From the NCBI RefSeq assembly GCF_036321535.1, contig NC_087436.1, forward strand, positions 85,252,001 to 85,316,000: a stretch of 64,000 nucleotides of DNA. The letters are read 5' to 3'. Below the pieces are notes generated by a model. The model saw nothing but the letters and a program-made list of their open reading frames with translations. It was not told where the DNA came from and made no database searches. Below, in pieces: positions 51,762-64,000 of this stretch. Every line of letters starts with the position of its first letter. The stretch's first letter is position 1. The DNA is from Camelus dromedarius. Taxonomy: Eukaryota. The translations under genes were made by a program, and so were the position numbers.

Positions 51762-52162
51762 TGTATTAGCGTTCTCCAGAGAAACAGAACTAAATAGGAG
51801 TTCTACATACATATATATGAGAGCAAGAGATTTATTATAAGGAATTGGCTCATGTGATTATGGAGGCTGGGTGGTCTAGACTCAGGGGATTCAAACTGAT
51901 GTCCCAGCTTGAAGCCAGTAAGGCAGAGAGAGAGAATTCTTTCTGACTCAACCTTTTATATTTTATTCTAGTCAGGCTTTGAATGTATTGGATTGAGGCC
52001 CAGCCACAGTGGGGAGAGTGATCTTTACTCAGTCTACCAATTCAATGTTAATCTCATCTAGAAACACCTTCTTCAACACACCCAAAAGTAATGTTTAATG
52101 TTTAGCCAGCTATCTGGGCATCCCATGGCCCAGTCAAATTGACACAAAAAATTAACCATCTT
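51762..52162. mobile_element. MLT2-like ERVL LTR
   Basis: tgtattagcgttctccagagaaacagaac...aaattgacacaaaaaattaaccatc. Confidence 0.75.
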
Positions 52163-53119
52163 ATACTTCATTTAGAATTCCACTCTAAATAGAAGATGGG
52201 GAAAAGAATGTAGGGAAAAGAATATATCCAGGAAAAAGTATGCATTCTTTCTAAAAGGGTTAACAGAGATGCTGGAGTATGACTTGAACTTTGTGAGCTT
52301 TCTGGCAGCCAAAGCAAAAAGGGAAATACCATCAGTGACATAAACCTTGTTATCAGAGTGGTGGGAGCATACCAGTTCTTTAAGGAAAAAAATTTTTTCC
52401 TAGTCCTTACTTACATAGTAAATTCTTTGGATGAGATTTACATAGGGAATACTCAAATGGGTAGTACACAATGATCCTAATCATATTTTTGTGGTAAAAG
52501 GAGTAATAGATATTTCTTTAGAAAAGTCAAGGATGTGACCTTAGCGCACAATACAGTGTGAAAGGGCCTAAGGTGATGCGATACTAAGAAATGCTCTGTG
52601 AGTTTGACTTTATTTAAGCCTAGAATTTTAGAGATTCTGACAGAATGGATGAACTAGAGCTCTTCAGATGGTCTGCTGTTCTTCAGTTTTTGGCTATTTT
52701 GATACGCAGTTGGGGAGCTAAGAGTTTAAGGTGCTAACCTGGTGATGATGCTGTTGTGTATCGTTGTTTGAGGGTGGATCTATATGTGACGTCATTCCTA
52801 TACTCACCAAAAAGGAACAAGATACATCCTACCAAACATGACTTACGGGATCGAAGAAGCAGGTTTGTCTTAAATTTTACACTTGCGATGCTTGTCTTAT
52901 TTCATCTCTTTGAAAAGTTTCCTCATTTGTATGTAATGAGATGGAGAAAAATTTTATCATCTTAATGGCAGTTATGGAAATTCATTTTTAAGGATAGACC
53001 AGCTGTGTCATTTAAAAGTCTTAGTACTGGAACTCACAAAAAAGCTCAACCTAAAATGACCTGAGAAAAAAGAAGGGGTGGTTATTGGCTTAGTAAGTGA
53101 AAGTCCAGGGATAGGGCTG

Positions 53120-53641
53120 GCATCTTAGTTTTCTAATTGGTACAACCTTGGTGAAGTTTCCTAATTGCTACAACCTTGGTGACTTAAAATAAGAGAAATT
53201 TATTGTCTGATAGTTCTGGAGGCCAGAAGCCCACGTTAAGGTGTTGGCAGGGCCACACCCCTCCAGAGGCTCTGGGAGACCTCGTCTAGCCTCTGGTGGC
53301 TACCTGGAATTCCTTACTGTTCTCTGAAACCACAGCTAGAACCACAATTGGAGTGATTATGGCCGTGTCACTCCAATCTCTGCCTTCATCTTCACTCCAG
53401 CTTCTCTGTGTGTCTGTGTTTCCTCTTCTTCCACCTGCATTTAATCTCCCTCGTCTTATAGGAATGCATGTGATTGCATTTAGAGCCTGGCTAATCCAGG
53501 ACAAACTCCTCTTTGCAAGACTCTTAATACATTTCCTGCCGTATAAAGCAGTGTTGACTTTTTGCTGTATGAGGTAACATGTACGTGCTCCAGGGAAGAG
53601 AAGGTGGCTATATCTCTGTGGCCACCATTCAGCCCATTACA
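53120..53641. mobile_element. MLT1 (MaLR) LTR
   Basis: agttctggaggccagaagccc...aaggtgttggcagggcc...ccaccattcagcccattaca. Confidence 0.75.
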
Positions 53642-54914
53642 GTTGGCTTCAGCCATTGCTGACATCAGGCCCGAATTACGTCATCAAGACTTGGTGCTGT
53701 ACCATGGTCCAGCTATGGTTGGTGTGTGGTGTCGGTCTCTGGCTCTGCTTACTGCAAGACGGTGGAAGCGGCTCTAGATTTTACATCCTCTTGGCTTCAT
53801 ATCTGTTGAAATCAAATCCCCTCTCCCAGAAGCCTCCATGAAAGTCTCATAGGGCTTCCTTGTATCTGAGGAGTCCCTCGTCTGTTCCCCAACCAGTCAC
53901 TGTGACCAGGGGAATGTGGGGCTCCCATTATCTTGGCCTGAGTCATGTGGTCATGGTATCAGCTCTTCTGGGACCACAAGTACAGGGAATTAGGGAGAAA
54001 TGGCTTCCCAAAGAAAAATGAGGGCTATTAGCACAGGAAAAAGAAGTGGATGCTGGGTGGCAAGGTAAGGAAACGAAACAAAACAAATTAAAAAAACCCA
54101 CAAATATCTAACACTTTAGCTTTGTTTTGATAAGATGCTTTAATAAGCCTGTTATTCATGTAAAAGAAGGAAGCTCTGTGTATACAGAAGGGAAAGGAAG
54201 ATTGCCAGGGGGAGAATCTGGTGAGTGGAAGAGGAGGAGAAACTCAGGAGAGGTCTAATTGGGATTTTGTAGAGCTGTGTACTCTATAGGATGACCCTTC
54301 CAGGAATCTTCAGTAATTCTAGAAAAATTATAATATGCTCGATTAAATCAACTGGATTTCTCTTTGGAATGGTGAAGGGGTTGAGTTTGCATCAAGCTTG
54401 GGGTTTGGCCAAAATATAGTCAGCTCTTACAGATGAAGTTGAGGGTAGAGACCTGGGTTACATGTAAAACAGGGGTAATGACCTTATCTTCATAGGGCTG
54501 TTGGGAGTCAACTGAGGTCTAGGGTGTGAAGATGCTTTCTAACTGTAAAGGGAGTAGCCTGTGTGTTTTCATGACTTTCCTCATGAGTTCATATCCGCGT
54601 AGACCTGTTAGTTTTCCTCTGCCTCATCCCCAGGCACTTATCAGGGAATCAGTCACGAATGTAGATTTATCTGCCAAAATCCATCTTCCCACCGACAAAG
54701 ACCTCAGGGTGCATCTCTGCAGATGGTAAGGCATCTTGGTAATCCGCACTGCCAGTTATAGTTTATTGTGTGGACGACGATGCAGGACTTGGAGCAGAGT
54801 TTCAACAAAGCAGACAAAAGGGGACTTCTTTTGTTACCTGACATCGGGGACCCTTTACCTGGAACACATCCATAGGCATGGCTGCAACTGTCAGTATTCA
54901 AAATTGTGCACAAA

Positions 54915-54915
<1 letters not shown>

Positions 54916-54947
<32 letters not shown>
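54916..54947. repeat. (TG)16 microsatellite
   Basis: Perfect dinucleotide run. Confidence 0.95.
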
Positions 54948-54948
<1 letters not shown>

Positions 54949-55755
54949 ACGGATGCGTGCATGTGCTTCTCTCATTGTGCTGGGAAGACGGTCCATGGCT
55001 CTCGACAGGTTCTCAGTGGAGTCATGACCCACCCAGAGGTTGAGTACTATTGACTTACATCATTCTGGCAATGGGACTTTGCTGAAAGGTGAATGAAGAA
55101 ACTTGAGAATTCTGACCCCACTCAGTTGTCAGTTCACTCACACTGGCTCTTCTCCGAGGCTGTGCGGTGCCACTCAAACACTCCACTTTAGGAAGAAGCA
55201 AAACATTTTTTTTGCGTCTGGGTGCTTGTTGCTTTTTTGAAAAAATAAAATATTTTGTAGGTATGTTTTTAATTAGAAGGATAATACTACTTTTAGCAAA
55301 TTTAGAAGTGAAAGAAAAACAGAAAGATACTTTAAAAATTACTCAAAAACCCCGTGAAAAAGTTTGCTGGCGGCATAGATGGTGAACATGGCCTTTGGTG
55401 TCGTTGTCAGTTGAGTTTGTGTTCTGTGAAATTTTGGGGAAGTTGCTTAATCTCATCAGGTCTGTCGTCTCATTAAAAAAATTGAAATGATGATTGTACT
55501 TACATCATAGGGTTCCTGGGGATGACGTGAGAAAATGCACAAAAGTGCTTAGCACAGCCCGTAGGGTGCCGTAAGAGCTTACGACACGGTAGTGTTGTGT
55601 CACGCCTGTTATCTTCTTTTCAATCTTTTTTACATATTTGAGATCATACTTGTTTACAGTTTTGTATCCTGCCTTTTATCTCCTTTCATTGTACCATTAC
55701 ATACTCTGTAAATGTTAGCTTTAATGGCTACGTTATGTTAAACCCAGGAAATATA

Positions 55756-56229
55756 CAGATCTTCCTTGACTTGCAGTGGGGTTATGTCCCCATAAACCCA
55801 TCTTAAATTGAAAATATTGTAAGTCGAAAATGCATTTAGTACACCGAACTGACCAGGCGTCATAGCTTAGCCCAGCCTACCTTAAATGTGCTCGGATCAC
55901 CTACATTAGCCTAGTGTTAGGCAGAATCATCTAACACAAAGCCTTCTCTAGTAAAGTGTTGACTGTCTCATGTAATTTATTGAATACTACACCGAAGGTA
56001 ATAATCAGAATGGCCATCTGGGCACAGCATGGTTGTGAGTGTATCAGTTGTTCCCTGTCGTGATCGTGGGGCTGACGGGGAGCTGCGCTCACCGCCCTGC
56101 CCGGCATCGTACTGTGCATCACTAGCCCAAGGAAAGATCAGAATTCAAAATTTGAAGTCTGACTTCTACTCAATGCCTATCATTTTCGTACCATCATAAA
56201 TTTGAAACATCTTAAGTCAGGGACTGCCT
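55756..56229. mobile_element. MER47/Tigger5-type element
   Basis: cagatcttccttgacttgcagtggggttatgtccc...taagtcgaaaatgcattt...catagcttagcccagcctacc...taagtcaggggactgcct. Confidence 0.75.
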
Positions 56230-58304
56230 TACTCAGATTTACTTGACAATTCCCCTGTTGTTGGATATTGGGGGTGTTTTTGATTTTTAACTACTATAAA
56301 CATATGGTCCTATGAACAGCTGGGGATTTGTGGGTTTCCTCGTATCCAAATCCGATGGTCCCATTGATGTATTTTAAGCAGATGTACTTTTGAAACCAGT
56401 CTGATTATGCAGAGCAATGGGGGATTTTTGCAGAGGGCATGTATGATTGCCTGAAGACAGTCGGAAGGCTGGGAGATGGGAACTATCATGGGTTTTACTT
56501 GTGGCTGCTCCTTCTGGCTCCTGCAAACTCCCGATTCTAATAGTTTCAGTTCAAAGTGAAAGGAGTTAAAAAAAAAAAAAAAGACAAAACACAGGAGAGA
56601 CCAGGAAGAAGTTGTGTAAGAATATGAGTTTGCTAGCTGAGACAGAGACCATCTGATCAGAGTGGCTTAGGTAAGTTAGGAGTTTGTTCTCTGTCTCGTG
56701 TAACAGCCCTGGTATCATGGTCCAGGACTGGTATGGTGGCTTCAGGGACACGTCCTCCTTTCATCTGGTTGTTCTCATCCTCACAGCCAGAATGGCTCAT
56801 TCATCCAGCTTGTGGGAATGAAAAATTGGGGAATAACCCTTTAGGAAGTTGCATGTACCACTTCAGCTCATATTCCATTGGCCAGAAGATAATCATAGGG
56901 CCACACATCACTGCAAGAGAGACTGGGATATGCAGTTTTAGTTGTGGGCATCCTTGTATCCAGCAAAATGTCAGGGGTCCTGTTTCTGTAAATGAAGAGG
57001 AGAACAGATATTGAAGGACAGCTAGGTATCTCTGCCACATTAAAAAGCTGTCTCTTTTTAATACAAAAAGTAAACTTGAAAAGACCCCAGGTGGTGGGTG
57101 ATGGGGGCAAAAAGAGAGTAAGGACTGCTGCTAGAGCAGCACGTGCATCAGGAGTGAAAGTCACGTTTGCCTGGATATGACCCTGCCTCCATCTTATTTA
57201 GGTTCAGTTTCTCTTCTAAACTAGGCGATTGGATACAATTTCTGCTGCGTGTTCTTTTTGACTCCTTGGTGTCACCCTTCTTCCCACAAACCCCTGTTTT
57301 GATAATGCCCTTTCCGTTCAACAAGCATTCAGAAAGTGCTGGGGCTGCCAAGCTATTACACCTCCCTTAAAGGATACTGGCTGGGACAGACCCTTGGATA
57401 ATGAAGCATGATAGTGTAAATAAGAGCACACTCTGCTGGAAGTCAGCGCAGGGCGTTGGGAAGCTCCGGACCATTTCTAACTAGAGTGGAGATGAAGACT
57501 GGTCTAGAAATGTTCATAGAGAGGTGGTACTTGAATTGAATCTTGAAGAGTGAGAAGCTGTTTATCAGACCAAGAGGGTGTGATGATAAGGAGAAACAGA
57601 ATGAAGCACAGAAAAGCATCCTCCTTGTGTGAATCATGGTTGTGAGATAATAGAAGTCCAGTTCAAATGGTTTTAAACATGAAGAGCAAATTTGTTAGCT
57701 CACATAACTGAAAAGTCTAAGAGGGGGTGGGAAATGGAGAGCCAGCCTCAGAAGCAGCTGGATCCAGGCATTCAGTGGATGCCATTAGGCCTGGAGTTCT
57801 TGCTTTCTCCAGGCTTCTTTCTCTCCATTGGCTTCATTTAGGCTGGATCTTTCCACAAGGTGGCAGAGATAACAACAAACACTCAGGTTTCAATCTAGTC
57901 TCTGAGGTGCCCCATGGAAAGATAGCTTGTTTTCCCTAAGGGTTCCAGTTAAAATTTCTAGATTACCTCTGATTGGACATATGCCCAACCTGGGATAGGA
58001 GTGTGGTGGAGCAGCTCTAACCAAACCACATAAACTGAGGGTGAGCTGACTGCTATTTCCTGAAGGAAAATGGGTGATGTTATCAGAAGAATGAAAAGTA
58101 GATACTGGGCAGGCAGGCAAAAGCATCAGAAGAACAGGAGAGTTTATTTAGGGAATTCCTAGTAATCCTGGATGGTAGAGCAAGGGACCAGGTGATGGTG
58201 GGCTTTAGATGCTGTTGTGCAGGGCATGGGCTTTAGTAGGTGGGCAATGGGGTGCCACTGAAGGGTTTGAATTAGAAGTAACATGGTCCTTTGATACATT
58301 ATTA

Positions 58305-58800
58305 GTAACTGAAGTTCATAGTTTACATTAAGGTTCATTCTTTGTATTGTACATTCTATAGGTTTTGTATCCACCATTACAGCATCATACCGAATAGTTT
58401 CACTGCCCTAAAATTCCCCTGGGCTCCACCTGCTCATCCATTCCTCTCTCCAACTCCTGACAACCCCTGGTCTCCACCGTCTCCCCAGTTTTGCCTTTTC
58501 CAGAATGCTGGATAGTCGGCGTCATGTAGAACGTAGCCTTTTTAGATTGGCTTCTTGCACTTAGCAATGTGCAACTAAAGTTCCTCTGTGTCTTTACAGC
58601 TCATTCCTTTTTATTGCTGAATAATATCCTTCTGTATGGATGTACCAAATTTTGTTTATCCATTCACCTACTGAAGGACATCTTTGTTGCCTCCCAATGT
58701 TGGCAAGTTCATGATTGCCAATTTGTGCACAGGCTTTTGTGTGGACATGAGTTTTCAACTCATTTGGGTAAATAGCAAGGAATGTGATTGCCGGATCAAA
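58305..58800 (-). mobile_element. L1M 3' fragment
   Basis: Minus-strand ORF ...FDPAITFLAIYPNELKTHVHTKAC...KIWYIHTEGYYSAIKRNEL. Confidence 0.8.
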
Positions 58801-59267
58801 CACGGCCCTTAAATAACCGCCTTTTATTTGCACAGTACTCTCACATTCATTAATCGACTTGATTTTCACAGGAGCTCTCAGAGGTAAGGGAGCCTGGTAT
58901 TATTATTCCCACTTTTTATGCATAACTGAGGCTCTAGGATGTTACGTAAAACATATAAACTCACATAGTTGGTGAATGTGTGACCCAGGTACTTAATCCA
59001 GTCTCTTCACACGGCCTGAAGTACACAATAAAGCAATTAGTTCTAGCCAGAATAATTCTCATGATCTCAGCCCACAACACTCACACAATGAGACTGGGCC
59101 AGTCCCAGCAAAATGGGGACGCAGTACGTTTTTTTTAGTTGTCTTCCTGGGCCCACACCCAGAGCCTGTCGTTCAGACAGACGTCCTCTGGCCTCCTCCC
59201 CAGGATCAAAAGGCATCTTTACTATTACCCTGGAAACTGCCCAGAAATTGGACGGCAGTGTAACTAG

Positions 59268-59327
59268 ATGACGTCATTCAAGGAATTGTTATTCCTAATG
59301 ACTCAGTGTGCAACCCCTCCCAGATAA
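59268..59327. promoter_or_regulatory. Candidate enhancer motif cluster
   Basis: ATGACGTCAT (CRE), inverted AGGAAT/ATTCCT pair (TEAD-like), TGACTCA (AP-1) and AGATAA (GATA) within 60 bp of non-repeat DNA. Confidence 0.4.
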
Positions 59328-59367
59328 AATGGGCATTTTCTTAGTAGCTTTTAATATCTTCACTCAA

Positions 59368-59407
<40 letters not shown>

Positions 59408-61204
59408 GGGAATTTTCAGCGCCAGGCAGAGGCTGGGAGGTGGAAGGAATGAAGTGAGTGTTCTCGTGCTCCTCACACGGGGAGTTCACACTGAATGTCT
59501 CGCCCACAGGCAACCACAGTTACTCTTGTTTTGTTCCAAATGCAGAGATTATCCCCATAGAATGCGGGGACGGTATCCATGGACAAAATGCCTTGGATAT
59601 AGTCACAGGTCCTTCCAGGAACAGCCTTAATTTCCCCACCAGTAATGTTTATCAGCCTCACAGGTTAACTACCCTCAGAGGGATAGACCTCATTTACTGG
59701 GAGCGGTGACATGACAAAAGGGTCGTTCAGGAGTATTTTAGCTCCCTTTCTTTGATGTCCAAGCCATTACAAATAAATATACAATCTGACTAAAGACAGT
59801 GTCCTGGTTACACAAATGTGGCTTCAGGACAAATCTCTTCCGAGCAGGTTGTCGGCCATAAGCCCCCTACTTTGTAGAAACTCTGTAGCTGAGAAAGCGT
59901 TCTCCGCAGGGTTTTAGAAAATAAAATAAACATTCCTAGCATGAATTTTGATATTATCCCTCAAAAGTTGAAAGAGCAATGTCTTGATTATTACAGTAGC
60001 TGGCTGGCCTCCACCCAGCATACTCTATTTTAATCACTAAAATGGCTCAAATTCCTTCCTTTTGCCTTTAAAATTTTAGTAGTCAATTTTTTTTTTTTTT
60101 AGGAAAAGCCCTGGCCTTGGGCATCTCTGATCTTATGCTTTGAATAATCTTGGGAATCTTACAGTAAATGAAAGCTTTACTTTTGTGAACCTGATTCCTG
60201 TTTTTTTAAAAAAGAGACGATTTCTGGGTTTCAGTCTGCCTGAATGAAGTTTTCCCTCTTTTGAGACCTCAGGGAAATCATCACCTGACTCTGTTGGGTG
60301 AGGATAATGTAACCTTGAACCACCCCCCAAAAGGCATAATCTTTGGGTGGTAGTGATTTTTTCAAGGGGAGGTTTTAATTTAGTTCATTCTGGGTGCCAG
60401 AATGTGGCTGAGGTATTTGGGGTTCACCCAGGGTGAGCATTTGTGACAATACCACGGGACATTTAAGTTGGTATATCTTTCAGCAGCTCCCGTTGCCTTC
60501 AGGATAAAGTCTAAGCTCCTCAACCAGGCTTCAGGGCCCTTCGTGGTCTACCCTTCCAGCTGTCCCAGTGCTTCCTTATTCCTGGGCACTTGGTACTGAT
60601 GCAGAACTTGAGCCTGGAGTGTAACCGTTGTTTACCGTGCTGTCTGCCCTGTTAAGCTGCAGGCTCTGGCTTCTCCTTCTGAGCCCAGGGTGTGGAGTTC
60701 TGTAGCAGTCCCTAAACACCTGCTGGATGGATGAATGAAAGCAGTTCATTGCTGAACCCAAGCTAGGGGATGAACTGTAAACACTTTACTGAAAAGTTAG
60801 CTTAAGTCAATGTTAATAAAACACGAGCACAGTATCAAGTATGTGAGGAGTTTGGGTCCGGTGTTAACTGTGAACGCCGTAGCCCCTTTAGAGGGCAGAA
60901 GCCGAGGGACCGTTCTGCCCTAGCTCCGTGTGCCTTGGCTCATTTTCTTTCTTGGCCCTGGCCTTGCATTGTCCCAGAGGCTCTTCTCTGCCCCAGACTC
61001 CTCCACACCCCGTGCTCATGCTCACGTGCCTGGAATGGGCGCTTCCCTCTGTCAGGGGCTCAATGGAAATCGCTCAGACTTCTCAGTCTGTCTGAATGAA
61101 GTGGTGCAAAGTTCACAGTCCAAGGAGACCTTATTACTATAACCTAGGTTCTTGTTGTCCCTAGTTTGTTACTGTAAGACCCCTGCATGGTGTGACTTTG
61201 AAGA

Positions 61205-61590
61205 AGCCTGGTGCTCCACTGAATGTTTGTGTCCCCCCAAATTCAGATGTTGAAGTCCTGACTCCCAAGACAATGGTATCAGGAGGTGGGGCCTCTGGCA
61301 GGTGGTTAGGTCATGAGGGCTCTACCCTCGTGGATGAGACTAGTGCCCTCATAAAAGAGACTCTGGAGAGCTCTCACCCCTTGGACCACATGAGGACACA
61401 TGGGGCCCTTGCATCATATGAGGGGAAGATGGCCATCTGTGCACCAGGAAGCAAGTCCTTACCAGACATAGAATCTGCTGGCACCTTAATCTTGGACTTT
61501 CAGCCTCCAGAATTGTGTGAAATAGGTGTTTGTTGTTGAAGCACCCAGTTTATGGTATTTTTATTACAGCAGCTTGAATGGACTAAGACA
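61205..61590. mobile_element. MLT1A-like MaLR LTR
   Basis: ctgaatgtttgtgtccccccaaattcagatgttgaagtcc...ttggactttcagcctccagaa...aatggactaagaca. Confidence 0.8.
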
Positions 61591-61716
61591 GCTGGTTTCC
61601 TTCAATGTGCCCTGTGCAGAAAGCAGAGGCTGGCTGCCTCTTCCTGGGACACTTTTTTCTCTGCTCTGTTCTGGCTTTTATGTGGGAGCAGTGGGAGGTT
61701 TAGTTAGAACTATCAA

Positions 61717-61780
61717 TCACCATTGCCATTATTACCACCACCACCATCACCACCACCACCACCATCACCACCATTACCAC
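61717..61780. repeat. Imperfect (CAC/CAT)n trinucleotide repeat
   Basis: caccaccaccatcaccaccaccaccaccatcaccacc next to a MIR fragment. Confidence 0.9.
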
Positions 61781-63347
61781 ATGTCACTTGCTCAGCTGCA
61801 GTGCCAAGTATCACATCGTGTTCATTCACTGAATCCTCACAACAGCCTTGTGCACTAGGTGCCATTATTGTAACCTTCTGGTAAGGCATGGAAAGACTCT
61901 GATTTGCTCAAGGTCACATAGCATTAAAATGACCCTTGTAGTCTGGCTCTAGGGCATTGCATTACACCCACTTGGACTTTTCTCGGGACAGCATCCTCTC
62001 TGTACTCTGTGTTACACTGGCAGATAGCCTGCACCCTCCCTGACCCCAGCTCGAGCAGCAGAGTTCTTTATGTCATACTCACCTTCATGTGGACCTTATA
62101 GGCAGAGCCTTGAGAGCAAAATGTTTCCCTTTCACACGATCTCCATTTCTTTGGTCTGCCTTTTTGCCGACAGTCAGCTCTTGACCTTGTGCTGAGTGAT
62201 CTTTGGGTATTAGGCACTTTTTCCAGTAATAAGAAAATCTTGCTGGAGGGAGGATGCTGTCACAGTAGGAAGCAGTTGGGGGTGAAGTTTAGGGTGGAGC
62301 ATAGGGGGGAGCCTTTAGGGGAAAATACAGGGTGAAAAGGTCTGTGACCCTTTGGTATAGTATTGCAGAGTGATGTAAGCTTTATACCTTCCATTTCTAT
62401 CACTCTTCAGAGTTTTCAAAAACAGGGACTCAGCTATCTTTACAACAGCTTCATAAGCTAGGCAGGGTAGGACTTTCTGTTCTTTTGCCAAAGAGAAAAC
62501 AGCAGCTCAGAAAGTGGAAAGATTTGCTGTAGGTCACCCAGCTACTAAGCAGTGAAGCAGGTCTAGTAGTTCTGTCTCCCCGTCCTATTTCACAAAATCA
62601 TCCTTTTTTTCTATCATTATATAAGCAGAGAATGAATAAAAATGGCTGTACTCTATCTTAGTAAGTTAAGTTTTTCTTTGGTTCTTTCACCAGAAAACAA
62701 TGAATGAAAATGAAATTGGCGTTCCTGTTGACTGGCTTGGCTATTGCTGCAGTCTTCATTTTTGCTGACAAATTCCAGCAGGTTATGTCTGGAATCTGTG
62801 ATGAGTGATTTCAGAAGGACCAAGGCTTTTATCTGGAAATCAGGCCGACTCAGACTGGTCTGGATTTTTGAAGCCATCTGATGTGTGAGACTGGGAAAAG
62901 TCACTGGGTCACTCACTTTGTTCCTGTTTCCATCTCTGTCCTACGTAATGGGGGGGATTATTATATCTGAGGTGTAGAGAAGTAGGAGGAGAAATGGCTG
63001 GGCTTCCGAATGATAAAGAGTTCTGAACATTCCACCCTGGGTTTGTGTGGTATCCACTTCTACTGTTCCCTTTCCATCTTTCACCAGGCTTTTAATTTTT
63101 TCATCATGAGAATGTACTGTTCTTATAGTAACAACAAAAGACTAATATAAAATGATCAACAACAAATTGACTCTGCCTTAATTCCGACTTGAGCCTCCAG
63201 GGTGGAATGAAGAAAGAGTGCAGAGTTTGCCTTAGAATATAATGGATGCAAAAGCCCACCTAGCTGTGAGTATTCTTTATACTTCTTCCTCTACACATTT
63301 CTATACTCTGGCTGTTTTACTTAAATAAAAGTTCTTCATGCTCACTT

Positions 63348-64000
63348 TATTTTATTTTAAACTGAAGTATAGTTGATTTACAATATTGTGTTAGTTTCAG
63401 GTGTACAGCATAGTGACTCAGTATTTTTGCAGATTATATTCCAGTAGAGGTTATTATAAGATCCTAGGTTCAATTCCCTGTGCTACACAGTATATCCTTG
63501 TTGCTTATCTATTTTATATGTAATAATTTGTGTCTGTTAATCCCATACCCATAATTTGTTCCTCCTCCCTTCCCTTTTCCTTTGGGTAACCACAAGTTTG
63601 TTTTCCATGTCTCTATTTCCATGATTCTGTTTCTGTTTTACATACACATCTATTTGTATTATTTTTTAGATTCTATATATAAGAGATATCATATAGTATT
63701 TGTCTTTTTCTGTCTGATTCATGTTACTAAACCTAATATTCTCTAAGTCTATCCATGCTGCTGCAAATGGCATTACTTCATTCTTTTTTGTGGCTGAGTA
63801 GTATTCCATTGAATGCATACAGCACATCTTTTTTAAAAAATTTTATTTTATTAAGTTATAGTCAGTTTACAATGTTGTGTCAATTTCCAGTGTAGAGCAC
63901 AATTTTTCAGTTATACATGAACAAACATATATTCAATGTCACATTCTTTTTCACTGTGAGCTACCACAAGATCTTGTATATATTTCCCTGTGCTATACAG
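63348..64000 (-). mobile_element. Two tandem L1 3' ends (63348-63830 and 63832-64000)
   Basis: actgaagtatagttgatttacaata... and ttattaagttatagtcagtttacaatgttgtgtcaatttccagtgtagagcacaattttt. Confidence 0.85.

Noticed and set aside
61526..61858. Poly-His ORF
   Set aside because: Produced by a (CAC)n microsatellite between MLT1 and MIR fragments.
29300..64000. Additional protein-coding genes upstream of SRD5A3
   Set aside because: ORFs are short and mostly map to L1/L2/LTR or simple repeats. I found no phase-consistent exon chain by eye.

Overview
Mammalian genomic DNA, probably camelid: it carries vic-1-like tRNA-derived SINEs and I saw no Alu, B1, Bov-tA or PRE-1 elements. The only intact protein-coding gene is SRD5A3 (polyprenol/polyprenal reductase) on the minus strand. 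It has five GT-AG coding exons (29026-28806, 22222-22080, 20234-20037, 17383-17249, 16368-16109; 957 nt, 318 aa) and a CpG-island promoter at about 28.2-29.25 kb. The region 29.3-64 kb appears gene-free and repeat-rich (L1, L2, MIR, MLT, MER/Tigger, microsatellites), with a few candidate enhancers. The main unexpected observation is in the first 14.4 kb on the plus strand, tail-to-tail with SRD5A3. About 13 exon-like blocks with canonical splice sites and mostly matching intron phases stitch into a disabled reading frame of about 960 codons that continues off the left edge. This looks like the fossil of an unrecognised multi-exon protein-coding gene (unitary pseudogene) where human has the lncRNA SRD5A3-AS1. 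All calls were made by eye; no database searches were run.
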